46,617 nt of DNA from a virus (IMGVR_UViG_3300020045_007774:1-46617); one strand, 5' to 3'. Positions 26,242 through 36,870 are shown, counted from the first letter of the stretch. The notes: generated by a model not told the origin, from the sequence alone. A program made the numbers and translations.

Positions 26242-26579
26242 GAACTTTCTTCAATTGGATTTAGAGAAATTCCTATGATCGTTTTGAACTTAAAGCAATC
26301 ATAGTCAATATCGTTTTTTCTAATCACTACCCGGTCGCCGGATGGCGTGTAAATTTCAGCCGTAAACTCATAACTTTCATTCAGCTTATCAATCGGAAAA
26401 ATTACCTTTTCGCCTATTGAAATATCTGCACTCACAATTAACTGAAGTCCTAAAAAGTAAGTAATCATTTTATAAACGCCTGTTTCTTGGGCTAAAATAT
26501 CAAAATCAACCTCTGAATCCTGGCAGATGTTCTGATTACAGAAATCTAACGTATTTGTGCAGCAACAATTACAACTCAT
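26238..26579 (-). CDS. Cys-rich hypothetical structural protein
   Basis: MSCNCCCTNTLDFC...; ATGA-coupled start at 26579. Confidence 0.65.
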   Translation of the reverse strand: MSCNCCCTNTLDFCNQNICQDSEVDFDILAQETGVYKMITYFLGLQLIVSADISIGEKVIFPIDKLNESYEFTAEIYTPSGDRVVIRKNDIDYDCFKFKTIIGISLNPIEESS

Positions 26580-28267
26580 GTGCAATTTTTTTGTGATTCA
26601 GAAATGGTTTGGGAATTACTGTTTAAACTTTCAGAAATAACCCTTACACATTCTGTTTCTTTTACAAAAATACTACTATTTTGGCTATTTATTAAATCAT
26701 AAATCTCAGTTAAGCATTCTGTTTCTTTATTATAGATAATAATGTTTTCAGGACAAATAAACGTATGAATATTATTAGCATTGGAAACGGTACAAGATGA
26801 ATAACAATAACCGCAATCATTACCTGTTAAGCCCTGATCAGATACCGGAATAATTGCGATAAAATAAGAACAACCTTCCGCTGTGCCTGTAATATTACCG
26901 TATCCTTTTAAATCTAACGTCTCAAAAGAATTACCATAAACATTGCCCGGAATAAATATTTGTACACTGGTTTCGGTTAGTGTGTTCCCGGTTATATTTC
27001 CTGTTAATTCACCAACGGCAACTATATTGGAAATTACTGAGCAACTTCCGTCTGACTTCCCATAACTTGTATCTTCTGAAATTAATACCGCTATCGAAGA
27101 TGAATTACAATCTGAAATTCCATCCAATTGCCCGCTGGCTGTTAAGTCAGAAATAAAATCAGAAGTACCGTGAATTACTTCAGACAACTCCCCGCTTGCC
27201 AGAAGATTTGCAACTAAAGAAGATGTGCAACTTAAATAAGTTTGTAACTCTCCCGATAATAATAAAGTTGATATTAAAGAACTCGACCCGTCTGTTATTC
27301 CTAAAATCCCGGCAGTTAATAAATTAAGTAAGCCAGAATTTCCTTCTGTTAATCCTGTTAATTCTGCAATTCCTGTTAATAATTCTATACTTTCAGAAGA
27401 TCCGTAAACATTACCAGATATTAAAATACTTCCTGAAAGAACCGAGGTTTGTTTATTATATCCGTCTGCAATAGCTTCTAAATATCCATTAGCTGTTATG
27501 GTTGCCGTATCGCTACCCTGACCTGAAGTAACGGTAATTAATTCGCCATTGGCTAATAACTCCGAAACGACTAAAGAACTACCCTCTGTATTGGCGAATA
27601 ATTCAAGTATTGCGTATAATACAGTAGTATTAATTGTACTTCCATCTGATAAACCAGATAGATTACCAGTCGCCAATAATTCTGATAAATCAAATTCGCT
27701 TCCAAAAACATTTGATATTAATTGGCCTGACCCTGGTAGTTCAGATATTAATATCGAACTACCGTCTGAATTTCCGATTAATTCCCCTATTGATAAACCT
27801 TCACCTGTTGCACTCGATACCCCAAAACAATTTCCTTCAAATAATGCACTGATATTTGAGGTAATTAAATTATTACCTTCTGTAACCGCATTCAATTGCC
27901 CGGTTGCAGTTAAATCAGAAACTACAATTGCCGATCCGTCTGTTTTAGTATTTAATTGTCCTGTTGCTGTTAATAGCTCTACGGTTGAAGATGATCCATT
28001 ACTAACCCCTACAGATTCTAAAATAGCTGTCGGGTTTGAAATTAAACCTGAATTTCCTTGACTATTTCCCGTTAATTGCCCGGTCGCAGTTAATACGGTT
28101 AGATCTTGAGAGTTTCCGGATAGTGAGGCTAATAATAATCCATTAGCAAGTAATGAAGAAACGAAATATACAACAGCAGCAACATTAGCATAAATTGAAC
28201 CAGGCACTTCTGAGAGTGCCTTTTTTATAATAACCTTTGCCGGATATGACCTACCTATCCTTGCCAT
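26576..28267 (-). CDS. Repeat-rich fibre/ruler-like protein (about 20-aa period)
   Basis: LTATGQL recurs at 20/40-aa spacing; consensus L-x-A-x-G-x-L-x-G-x-x-x-G-x-S; Cys-rich C-terminus. Confidence 0.65.
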   Translation of the reverse strand: MARIGRSYPAKVIIKKALSEVPGSIYANVAAVVYFVSSLLANGLLLASLSGNSQDLTVLTATGQLTGNSQGNSGLISNPTAILESVGVSNGSSSTVELLTATGQLNTKTDGSAIVVSDLTATGQLNAVTEGNNLITSNISALFEGNCFGVSSATGEGLSIGELIGNSDGSSILISELPGSGQLISNVFGSEFDLSELLATGNLSGLSDGSTINTTVLYAILELFANTEGSSLVVSELLANGELITVTSGQGSDTATITANGYLEAIADGYNKQTSVLSGSILISGNVYGSSESIELLTGIAELTGLTEGNSGLLNLLTAGILGITDGSSSLISTLLLSGELQTYLSCTSSLVANLLASGELSEVIHGTSDFISDLTASGQLDGISDCNSSSIAVLISEDTSYGKSDGSCSVISNIVAVGELTGNITGNTLTETSVQIFIPGNVYGNSFETLDLKGYGNITGTAEGCSYFIAIIPVSDQGLTGNDCGYCYSSCTVSNANNIHTFICPENIIIYNKETECLTEIYDLINSQNSSIFVKETECVRVISESLNSNSQTISESQKNCT

Positions 28268-29496
28268 TACCAGTATGCAGCCCTTTTAACTGCCTGATTT
28301 ATGTTTACAATTTTATTCGGAATAGATGCTACTGCAAATTCAGCCTCTATCATTGTAGCTGCAAAATATTGGTCTGGGTTTACATCCAAAGCAGCAGGGC
28401 TTCCATACCTTACTCTTAACGCATTAAAATTGCCGTTACCTCCTGCTATGCCCCATGAACCACCTGATGGCGGTGTAGCAAAATGAACCCTTTTGTAAGC
28501 ATAAGATGTCACCCCCGCTACTCCTGTTGCTGTATAAATTGTGCCAGAAGTAGCATTATCTCTTAATAAGATTGCCATGTTACCAGTTCCTGTTCCCGCC
28601 TGTGCTATTGCCGCAATCATTTCTACTGCTCTCGGTGCTGTTGTTGGTGTGCTTATTCCCGGTGCAGGGCCAAATATACATTCCACATAATCCGTTGCAT
28701 TTGGCGGAGCAATCATGTTTACAAATGTTCCTACACTTGCTGCTGCACCTGAATCTAAAGGAATGTTATCAACTAAAGTGTAAGCATCTGTTGTGGCATT
28801 GGTAATATCAACTCCTGTTAGTGTTTTTCTAAAATCTGCTGCACCTGCTACATTATGAGTACCGTCTGAAGTGGGTACAAAGTGGTTTACATATCCTGCA
28901 CCTATTGGGTAGTCGGCAAGTGTGTTACTGACTATTAAATCATCATAATATGCATCATAAGTCCCAGAATATGAAGCACTCTCGTAAGAACTTAATCTAA
29001 TAGTTGATGAAGTTGATGCTGCTATCGCCTCTGAATATTGAGTGCAATTAACGCCATTTACACTAACATCTACTAAATGAGGGTTTGCGCTAATGTCTAC
29101 TTTTACATCTATTCTATACCACACACCTGTTGTAATAGCAATTCCTGTTGCTCCAAAAGAAAAAGTGTTTGAACCATTTGAACCCCCTGCATAAATACTA
29201 TTATCTGACGACTTAAAAACTACACCTCTGGTCCGTCCCCCAGAAACACACCCACCGATGGAAGAATTAACATTTGGTAAAGTCGCAAAATATACATAAA
29301 ACCTAATAACGAAGTTATTACTACTGGTAATCACTCCCGATTGAACATCTGCGACGGAATAAGTAGCTGTCGGGTTTACTCTTAATGAACGAGTCCCTGT
29401 TCTTACTGTGGATGTTGAAAAACCAGCACCAGAAAATGAGGCCCAATGCCCACCAGAACCACATTCAAACCCACAACAAAATACAGGAGTAGCCAT
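28267..29496 (-). CDS. Lectin/ConA-like beta-sandwich protein, candidate receptor-binding protein
   Basis: GFE...RTGTRSLR...RFYVYF...GVWYRIDV...YYDDL jelly-roll pattern. Confidence 0.6.
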   Translation of the reverse strand: MATPVFCCGFECGSGGHWASFSGAGFSTSTVRTGTRSLRVNPTATYSVADVQSGVITSSNNFVIRFYVYFATLPNVNSSIGGCVSGGRTRGVVFKSSDNSIYAGGSNGSNTFSFGATGIAITTGVWYRIDVKVDISANPHLVDVSVNGVNCTQYSEAIAASTSSTIRLSSYESASYSGTYDAYYDDLIVSNTLADYPIGAGYVNHFVPTSDGTHNVAGAADFRKTLTGVDITNATTDAYTLVDNIPLDSGAAASVGTFVNMIAPPNATDYVECIFGPAPGISTPTTAPRAVEMIAAIAQAGTGTGNMAILLRDNATSGTIYTATGVAGVTSYAYKRVHFATPPSGGSWGIAGGNGNFNALRVRYGSPAALDVNPDQYFAATMIEAEFAVASIPNKIVNINQAVKRAAYW

Positions 29497-29497
29497 A

Positions 29498-29917
29498 TTA
29501 TAATCCTAAAAATGCTCTCGCATTGGTGAGTAATTCTGATACCGATAAATTCTCAATGCTTTCAAGTTTTAAAAGCAACGCTTCCAAACCTGAAGGGTCA
29601 TCATATCTCACAGGATTACCAACTGCATAAGAAGTGGATATTTGGTTACCATTGCCATCAATCCATACCGTTATTGCAATAGCCATTTGCCCGTCAATGA
29701 ATCCGGAAGCCGTTAACTCCATATAAGCAGTAAGCGTTTTCTGCCCCCTCTTTGCAACAATACGATAACGCAAATCATTCACCCCTTCGGTAGTTACTTC
29801 GGTTACGGTAATGTTTGATGCCTGACCCCCTGCATTTACCAGATTAGTTTTTAATCCGTTTAGTACAGCAGTTATTCTGGGAATAAACTGCGTTGAAACA
29901 AATTCTTGATAGTCCAT
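29498..29917 (-). CDS. Hypothetical protein
   Basis: 139-aa ORF inside the fibre module. Confidence 0.65.
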   Translation of the reverse strand: MDYQEFVSTQFIPRITAVLNGLKTNLVNAGGQASNITVTEVTTEGVNDLRYRIVAKRGQKTLTAYMELTASGFIDGQMAIAITVWIDGNGNQISTSYAVGNPVRYDDPSGLEALLLKLESIENLSVSELLTNARAFLGL

Positions 29918-29928
29918 AGTTTTAATTT

Positions 29929-30450
29929 TTATACTTCAAAAATTATATAACAAATACAGTTTACAGCAGCCCCTGCCTTTACTCTTATCCGAAGGAAATC
30001 ACTGGCCTTCCAGCATGGCTCTAAACCTAATGGAAATTGCTTTACAAACTGATTTGTAGGCGCAATAAACTGCACATCATACAACTTAGTAGCTGTAATC
30101 GTTCCCTCTGCCGTTGCCGTATAACCCGATTCGTCACCCGCTGCTGTAAATGCTAATGGAAAATCATCTGTAACTGCCGCCGCATTGGGGTCGCCGATAT
30201 TAAAAATATCCGCAGCCACAAATTCGGTAATATTTGCCGCAACTGTTCCGGTAGAAAGTAACTCTACTTCTATTGGTGTTGCCGCCGCAGACCCATCAAA
30301 TGATATACCCCATTCTTTAATTTTACCCACTTGGTTTGTAGACCCGCCAAGTTTTAATTGGAGCATTGTTTTTAAACCCGTTCCAGTAGTTACAGCTACA
30401 AACGAAACCGTTGTGGGTGCTGGCCCATTAAATACTTGATATAGTCCCAT
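29929..30450 (-). CDS. Virion structural protein (fibre module)
   Basis: A/T/G-rich beta protein; EWGISFDG, QFPLG, LRIRV. Confidence 0.55.
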   Translation of the reverse strand: MGLYQVFNGPAPTTVSFVAVTTGTGLKTMLQLKLGGSTNQVGKIKEWGISFDGSAAATPIEVELLSTGTVAANITEFVAADIFNIGDPNAAAVTDDFPLAFTAAGDESGYTATAEGTITATKLYDVQFIAPTNQFVKQFPLGLEPCWKASDFLRIRVKAGAAVNCICYIIFEV

Positions 30451-30460
30451 AAATTATTTT

Positions 30461-31147
30461 TTAATCTTCCGTTATTGTCAAAGCACCGATACCGAATTGT
30501 GGTGTAATTCCGCTACTAACTGCCAATGCAGATGCTTTATAACAAACTCCATCACCAACAGCAGTTATATTCAAAGCACCGCCGCCCTGAGTAGTGGAAA
30601 TTGTTATATCATCACCTGAAACAGTGATAACAAAATACTGTGTTCCTTCAGTTATTCCAGTAGGCAACGAACTGCCAAACGCTGCATAAAAAGCAACACG
30701 GTCATTTACTACCAATGTATGACCGGGAATAGTAATCGTATCATCTACTTTTGCAGTAAACGGCCCCTGGTTAGAAGCTCCTAAAGTGTTACTGTAAAGC
30801 AAAGTTCCTGCACCTGCTGAATCAGTACCTAATCCCCAATGGGTAATCGTTGCGCCTGTAATTCCACATTGTGCAAATGGAATTGATGCTGCATTTGTTA
30901 CTGAATTTGTAGCCACCGTCCAACCCGCACCCGATCTGGCTACTGCCACACGGACATAGTTCGTATATGCTGTCTCATTTGTTGTTTGTGAACCAGCTTC
31001 ACCCGGATCACTTGTATGGAGTGAAATATAAAACGATCCAGCAGCAGCAGAATTTTGCAAGCCTCCGGCGTCACCTATATTTGCGAAATCTGTATTATTA
31101 AAAAACAATAATAGCATTCCGTTTTCCATTGAATTTGATTTACTCAT
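30461..31147 (-). CDS. Phage fibre/minor tail subunit with an inserted beta domain
   Basis: YISLHTSDPGEAG...ETAYTNYVRVAV...F...TITHWG...PQF..GALTITED; insert GHTLVVNDRV...LPTGITEGTQYFV. Confidence 0.65.
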   Translation of the reverse strand: MSKSNSMENGMLLLFFNNTDFANIGDAGGLQNSAAAGSFYISLHTSDPGEAGSQTTNETAYTNYVRVAVARSGAGWTVATNSVTNAASIPFAQCGITGATITHWGLGTDSAGAGTLLYSNTLGASNQGPFTAKVDDTITIPGHTLVVNDRVAFYAAFGSSLPTGITEGTQYFVITVSGDDITISTTQGGGALNITAVGDGVCYKASALAVSSGITPQFGIGALTITED

Positions 31148-31170
31148 TTTTTAAAATTTAAAAGTTAAAG

Positions 31171-31692
31171 TTAGCATTTTTTTAAAGGATTATCAATAGT
31201 TAAACATAAATCTTCGCAGGTGTTTGATTTTAATTCCCACAAAGCATAAATGTCAATAGCAAAATAAGCAGTCGTCGCACCAAAATTGTAGTTTCCTGAA
31301 CTTTCATCTTTTTGTAACCTCCATTTATCCCTTATTATTCTGTTTAATTTCGTGTTCACAACCAAACAACTTTGAGTAAGATTATGTAAAATTTCGGCGA
31401 AGTTTTTAGCATTGTCTTTAAAGTAAACTACCCGTAAAGAAGATCGCATTTTATAAGACTTAACACATGAACTTAGTTTTAAATCTTCCATAACTTCGTC
31501 GTCGCCGTTTCTTCTTATGTAAACAGTTTCTGACTGATCTGAAGGGGCAAGGGAAAACCATTCGTCATTTATAGGAACCGCCGGGAGCTTAACTTGGGTA
31601 TCTGAAACAATAATCTCGGCTGAATGATAAACTTTATCAAAATAATTTATCAGATTAGTTGCTAAATTTTGTATGGTATCTGAATAGGTCAT
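31171..31692 (-). CDS. Putative tail completion/terminator protein
   Basis: Size and position after the neck genes. Confidence 0.4.
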   Translation of the reverse strand: MTYSDTIQNLATNLINYFDKVYHSAEIIVSDTQVKLPAVPINDEWFSLAPSDQSETVYIRRNGDDEVMEDLKLSSCVKSYKMRSSLRVVYFKDNAKNFAEILHNLTQSCLVVNTKLNRIIRDKWRLQKDESSGNYNFGATTAYFAIDIYALWELKSNTCEDLCLTIDNPLKKC

Positions 31693-32036
31693 CTTGCTGG
31701 CTCACTTGGGTTTTTGTCTTTATAAATTCCGTCGCCAGGATCACAACAGGGCATATAAAAAGCTCTTTGAACATCAATTAAATTTTCCAAAGCATAACAA
31801 AAATCTCCTGTACATGGATCTGAAATTTGCACAACCGGAAAAGCATCCGGATTACCTGCACTTGCATCTTCAAAACCGCCGGGTCCGGTCCATGTAACGT
31901 ATTTCTGTTCTACTAAAAAGTTTTGAACTATTCCAGGAACCACTTCGCAAGTCAATGCAACGTCCTGCACCGTACCATTCGGCATATTAATTGCCCCCCC
32001 GTATTCCCACCCAATATTTAAAGTTGCTGTTATCAT
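31689..32036 (-). CDS. Hypothetical structural protein
   Basis: 115 aa; PCCDP motif. Confidence 0.6.
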   Translation of the reverse strand: MITATLNIGWEYGGAINMPNGTVQDVALTCEVVPGIVQNFLVEQKYVTWTGPGGFEDASAGNPDAFPVVQISDPCTGDFCYALENLIDVQRAFYMPCCDPGDGIYKDKNPSEPAR

Positions 32037-32629
32037 TTTTTAAGTATTTGTGTTATTAATTCGACTCCCGTATCAATTACCCGATCTTTTTCATTCCTGG
32101 TTAATCTGAAAATCTTCACCCCGTTTCCTTTTGTTGTTCCTTTTCCGGTTCTTAAATTTGTGATCTGGTTTTCTTGCCCCCTTGCTATCTTTGCTGCTTC
32201 CAAAGTTGAAAACTCTAATCTTACATTGTGTTCATTTTCCCTTACAATTGAGTCTTGGGTTTCTATTGACTTTCTTAATCCAAACATGAACTGTAAATCT
32301 TTGTGATCAATCTGCCTTCCTTTGTTTGCTCTTTTTCTTTGATAAGAAGTTAGTTCTAAATCAGCGTTTCTTTTTATTCTTTTTTGATCTGTTTTACTTG
32401 CATTGCCAAAAGAAAGAAATAAAGCCCGGTCGGTTGCTTTCTTTTTCACCCCGACGTATTTACCAAATCCGTTCCCTTCAATGTCTGTATTCTTATCAAA
32501 GATTCTTAGTTTCATTTCATCCCTTCCTGTTTCCATTGCACCGACTAAAGCATCTGCAAAATTACCGTTTTCAAAGGCTTCTTTTAAACCTTCAATCTTC
32601 TTTTTTAATATGGTTAAATCAAATGGCAT
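32033..32629 (-). CDS. Putative neck/virion morphogenesis protein
   Basis: Basic; RIF..NTD..G..FGKY...R..KGRQ...KDL.F...LR.SI; start moved to MPFDL (TAATG overlap). Confidence 0.55.
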   Translation of the reverse strand: MPFDLTILKKKIEGLKEAFENGNFADALVGAMETGRDEMKLRIFDKNTDIEGNGFGKYVGVKKKATDRALFLSFGNASKTDQKRIKRNADLELTSYQRKRANKGRQIDHKDLQFMFGLRKSIETQDSIVRENEHNVRLEFSTLEAAKIARGQENQITNLRTGKGTTKGNGVKIFRLTRNEKDRVIDTGVELITQILKK

Positions 32630-33606
32630 TACCCAATAGCCCAAGCTGTTGTTGTTATTCGTTTGCATTCAATGCAATCATCATGCAGGTTATTCATTGC
32701 CGCTGCTAAATTATCTGCAATTCCCCTCACGTTATTACTTCCTCTCAATCTTTCATAGTACAAATTTATATACCTGTCTGCCAAACTTAATTTTTCATCT
32801 TCATTAAAAGAAGCGTTTCTGTTATTTCTTTGCGTAACTTGAAATTCTGAAAAATATCTTGCCGCTGATCTGTAAAAAAGAGCAAGGGCAAATAATCTTG
32901 GTTGCTGCATGATTATTGAACACATCACATTGTCTAAAGAACAAATGACAGAAGCACATGGAATAAAACCGTACTGAGTAGTAAATTCTGCATTATTCAA
33001 AAGTCCTTTTACTGAAATGTCTTTACTTTCTTTCCTGGAACCCGAACAACCACAACTTTTCGTAGTCGGGCAATTTAAAGCCGTCACCGTCACCGCTTCT
33101 AAAAAATAAATCTTTACAGAACTTTTTGAAGTCTTATAACCGATATTCACTATCACAACTTCGATCCCGGCTGTAAAAGAATAAGGAATTTGTGTTTGTG
33201 TTACACCGTCGTCTAAGATTATCGTAAAGTCGCCCGTTGATGCAATCATTACTTTTAAACTGTCAATTGCTAAGTAACTATTTTTTGAAGTGGAAAGATT
33301 TTTTACAATGACTCCCGTGTAGGCCGCTGCTGAAGACAAACCTGTATAAGTACAAGTATTACAAAAAGAGTTTAGAGCAGATTTAATCGTGTATCCTTTT
33401 GGGATTAAAGTTTCAATATCAGCCATCAAAAAACGTGAAGCACTTTCAATAATATCAGTGCCAAATTGTTTCCCGGTTCCGTTCTTTGTTAGCTGTGATA
33501 AAGCCTCCCGGTCGATCCCTTCACAATCGTCCAACCAAAATAAGGGAGTAGCTGTATCTGAAGTACAAAGCTCTTTAATTCCGACTAAATCTTTTAAACA
33601 ATCCAT
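32629..33606 (-). CDS. Putative head-tail adaptor, Cys-rich
   Basis: Helical ends with a beta insert; 13 Cys; position after portal and minor head gene. Confidence 0.45.
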   Translation of the reverse strand: MDCLKDLVGIKELCTSDTATPLFWLDDCEGIDREALSQLTKNGTGKQFGTDIIESASRFLMADIETLIPKGYTIKSALNSFCNTCTYTGLSSAAAYTGVIVKNLSTSKNSYLAIDSLKVMIASTGDFTIILDDGVTQTQIPYSFTAGIEVVIVNIGYKTSKSSVKIYFLEAVTVTALNCPTTKSCGCSGSRKESKDISVKGLLNNAEFTTQYGFIPCASVICSLDNVMCSIIMQQPRLFALALFYRSAARYFSEFQVTQRNNRNASFNEDEKLSLADRYINLYYERLRGSNNVRGIADNLAAAMNNLHDDCIECKRITTTAWAIG

Positions 33607-34427
33607 TATTTATTTTTTAGCATTATTGGATTAAAATCATGTCCGCAGCCCCAATGAAGAAGGTTTAAAGGCAAATCTTTAAATTCCGTATTCTCTTTAA
33701 GCCCGTTCTTTTCAGCTATCTTCTTTAAGGCAGGCCAGTCACTTTTTTTTATTACCCGGTTTAATTCCTTGACAGCGTAAATACACTGAGGCGAACTATT
33801 ATCAATTAAAGCCCCGTGTATTCTCATGGCATCGTAATCGAAGGTTTCAAACAACTTCTTCCCTATAATCCCACTATAAGCATTTACGGCCTGTTGCGCC
33901 GTCTGTTCGATGTACTGTGATAGTTTACCACTAATATCTTTACCGCCCTGTATATACGTCTTAATAGCGTTCCTGGCATCCGTCAAACTCGACCCTTGAG
34001 TTACGTTCTGATAAATCAAATCCCTTAACGGCTGTACGAATTTTGCATTTAAGCCGTTACCTGAAAGTTGATTGATAGCTTCATCTGTGATTATGCTTTT
34101 TTCTTTAAAGTCCGGTACTTTAATACCGTTTTCCGCTTTCTGAAATTTTGTTATCTCGTCTGAAATCGCTGGCATGCTTTTTAAAAACTTACTTACCGGG
34201 CCTATGAACTTTGGATCTTTCTGAAGCAAGTCTAAAAATGAAACTGACAATTTATTTAACTGCTTTATAAAATCCTTTCCGCCGACAATTTTACCTCCCT
34301 TAATGTCAAATATTTCTTCGATCTGTTTTAAAAGAATAGCATAAGCAGCCGACCCCATCGAGTCGATATTTTTAGAAAGCTCTTTTACTGCTTTCTCTTT
34401 TGCTTTTGCTATGTCGTTTTCAGGCAT
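33606..34427 (-). CDS. Minor head protein (MuF/gp7-like)
   Basis: Follows the portal; C-terminal G.LIDNSSPQC...HWGCGH. Confidence 0.65.
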   Translation of the reverse strand: MPENDIAKAKEKAVKELSKNIDSMGSAAYAILLKQIEEIFDIKGGKIVGGKDFIKQLNKLSVSFLDLLQKDPKFIGPVSKFLKSMPAISDEITKFQKAENGIKVPDFKEKSIITDEAINQLSGNGLNAKFVQPLRDLIYQNVTQGSSLTDARNAIKTYIQGGKDISGKLSQYIEQTAQQAVNAYSGIIGKKLFETFDYDAMRIHGALIDNSSPQCIYAVKELNRVIKKSDWPALKKIAEKNGLKENTEFKDLPLNLLHWGCGHDFNPIMLKNK

Positions 34428-36177
34428 TTAAAACAGTTGTTTTTAAATCTTTTGTCAAATCGTATTTCGTTAATTCTTTTTCAAGTTTAACAATTATCTG
34501 ATCATCCGTTAAATCAAATAAATTATTGTCAAGCTCATACATTTGAACCAAAACCGGATAGGCTAATGTGTGATTTTGCACCATGACAGCACTTACCGTC
34601 CCTTGTCCTTTTAAATTGCTTACTTCATCATTTGAGTAATAAAGCAATAAATCAAATTTCTTTAAAATAGTTAAGGCTCTTTTTACCGGCGAACTTTCCG
34701 AAATAAATTTATTCACAAAGCTATCAACCTGGTTTGCTTTTATTGGAATAGGTGAATTTGAAGCCAGCATAGTATCTAAAGCTGCAAAGGCTTCTGATTC
34801 TGTTAAGATCGCAAATGAGTAAGGAGCTTCAATGCTTACTTTTATCGGTGAACTGTTTATGTAGTTTTCTAAATACTGCAAAAACATTTCCATATTATTG
34901 TAAAGTACTTTAGAGATATTCGCCAGCCATGAGTAAAGCTCTTCACGGTCAATCTCTTTACTTTTCGCTGCTTCTGTATTTCCTGTATCTGTTTTTTGCT
35001 GCACGAAAACCGCCGATTCTGCCTCTGCCAAATAATCTTTCCATTGATTTTTAGAATAATCTAAAATTGCTGAATCAGGTGAATAAAACTCGACCGAAGG
35101 TGTTGAAAAAACTTTGTTATCTGTATCGAATGAATCCTGTACTTTACGATAAGTCTTATAAGGACTTTGAATCGTTACATACTTTGAACCCTTACAAGTC
35201 TTACAAGTCTCCCATCCACTTGTCGAAGTTGTGCAATGTGTTTCACCTCTTCCCGAACACTCGTCACACGGCTGCTGCACCTCTGACATTCTTGGATAAG
35301 AAAACATCAAATCAACTGCCCTGTGATTTCGGTGGCTCATTAAAGCTAAATTCCCAAAAGGAATAAAAGCCTGTATGAAAGATTCGTAAATTTCTTCTTC
35401 AATTTCTATTCCCCCGTTTTCAAAATAAGGAAGTGAAGGAAGTTCTTTTGGAAACTGAATATATTCGTACTGAAATTCTTTATCTCCCGCTTGAGTTTTA
35501 AAGAACCTTATAAAATGTGTTTTTGTAAAAACATGATAAACCGGGTTAATAATTTTCTTTTCTAACCTACGGTTAAAAGTCCTGGTCGTTGTATGTCGGA
35601 CATTTGGCTGCCCTTCTGCTGCATAAGTATAATCAATAAAAATATCCTTTCCGTATTCAACATCACTCATTTCTATCTTCACTTCGCTTTCCTCTGCTGA
35701 AATGAAAATTAAAATATCATCTGAGACTTTTACTAATTCTTTATGACAAATATATCTATAAAGGTCGTCCGTGTACTCCAAAGGATAGGTTACACAAATA
35801 CCATTCGGATCGTCAGCGACTGCGTATCTTATCCAATCTTCTAAAAACTGAGAAAACAAAGAACCGTCGTAATCTTCTAAAGCCTTCTTAGTTTTATCGG
35901 AAATATTAACGTTGTAACTTGAGTTATTGAAAACTCTTATTATGTTATTTATAGATTTCCAGATCGAACCCTTTGTTATACTCTCGTAAGAATTTATGCA
36001 ATGTTTCTGGCTGTCAGGATGCTCATTTGGGTAAAGCCCTGTGATCTTGTCAAACATTAAACCCTTAGTATGTACCTGAAGATTGTAGGCAATTTGACCG
36101 GCATAATTAAGCCACCATTCAGGCATTTTAGATTCTTGAATCTGCTTAACAATGTCAGCGATTATTTGTTCATCCAT
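34420..36177 (-). CDS. Probable portal protein with a DnaJ-type Zn-finger insertion
   Basis: 585 aa, helical; EAAKSKEIDRE resembles the portal tunnel-loop motif; CDECSGRG...CKTCKGSK; precedes a MuF-like gene. Confidence 0.72.
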   Translation of the reverse strand: MDEQIIADIVKQIQESKMPEWWLNYAGQIAYNLQVHTKGLMFDKITGLYPNEHPDSQKHCINSYESITKGSIWKSINNIIRVFNNSSYNVNISDKTKKALEDYDGSLFSQFLEDWIRYAVADDPNGICVTYPLEYTDDLYRYICHKELVKVSDDILIFISAEESEVKIEMSDVEYGKDIFIDYTYAAEGQPNVRHTTTRTFNRRLEKKIINPVYHVFTKTHFIRFFKTQAGDKEFQYEYIQFPKELPSLPYFENGGIEIEEEIYESFIQAFIPFGNLALMSHRNHRAVDLMFSYPRMSEVQQPCDECSGRGETHCTTSTSGWETCKTCKGSKYVTIQSPYKTYRKVQDSFDTDNKVFSTPSVEFYSPDSAILDYSKNQWKDYLAEAESAVFVQQKTDTGNTEAAKSKEIDREELYSWLANISKVLYNNMEMFLQYLENYINSSPIKVSIEAPYSFAILTESEAFAALDTMLASNSPIPIKANQVDSFVNKFISESSPVKRALTILKKFDLLLYYSNDEVSNLKGQGTVSAVMVQNHTLAYPVLVQMYELDNNLFDLTDDQIIVKLEKELTKYDLTKDLKTTVLNA

Positions 36178-36190
36178 ATTTTTAAATTAA

Positions 36191-36214
36191 CCAGCCACCC
36201 CTTCAGATGGCTGG
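36191..36214 (-). terminator. Hairpin after the putative tail tube gene (weak terminator or stabiliser)
   Basis: CCAGCCA/TGGCTGG 7-bp stem; poor U-run. Confidence 0.5.
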
Positions 36215-36220
36215 AAATTA

Positions 36221-36832
36221 TTAAGCTGCTTTCGGAACTACTGCTGAAAGGCCGGTAACGTCATACGTTTTTGGCATTCCTAACTCAACCCATGACAATT
36301 CAAGTTCAAGGGTCTGAAGTTCTTCAAAGTTATCGGGAACGATCCAATTAAAATCAGACAATGAGAAAGAACCAATTGGAAGAACAGTATTCTCGCCGTC
36401 GCACATCCGGGCTATCAATTGGAAGTCGCCTGAATTTGTGATAAGGGCGTTAATCTGTTCGTGTGTAATTTTTTCGGAGCTTTTATCAAAACATTTCAGG
36501 ACATATTTCAGCGCCCAAGTTGTTGAAATTACTTGCTCAATTTTACAAGATGAAATTCGCTCTTTTTTGTCTGTCTTTTTTGCAATCGAACCAAGTCCGA
36601 CTCCCATGTTACCAAGAGCGGATGAACCGCCGGAACCGTCAACCAATATTGCTTCCCACCAAGTAGGATCAAGAATATTAGCCTCTGACATGGTCTCGTC
36701 GCATTTTATAAAATATAAATCATTTACGCCGCCCGGTGAAGTAAGACATGAACAACTTGCCGTTGCGGTCGGAAATGGTGTCGCTGGACATGCAAGTGAA
36801 GGCGTGCAGGCCGCAGCTGTTGAAACTGGCAT
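36221..36832 (-). CDS. Putative major tail (tube) protein
   Basis: 203 aa, beta-rich, PGGVNDLYFI; own promoter, capsid-like leader motif and downstream hairpin suggest high expression. Confidence 0.55.
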   Translation of the reverse strand: MPVSTAAACTPSLACPATPFPTATASCSCLTSPGGVNDLYFIKCDETMSEANILDPTWWEAILVDGSGGSSALGNMGVGLGSIAKKTDKKERISSCKIEQVISTTWALKYVLKCFDKSSEKITHEQINALITNSGDFQLIARMCDGENTVLPIGSFSLSDFNWIVPDNFEELQTLELELSWVELGMPKTYDVTGLSAVVPKAA

Positions 36833-36870
36833 AATTAAAGAATTTTAAATTTAAAAAATCTTGGTAATTT

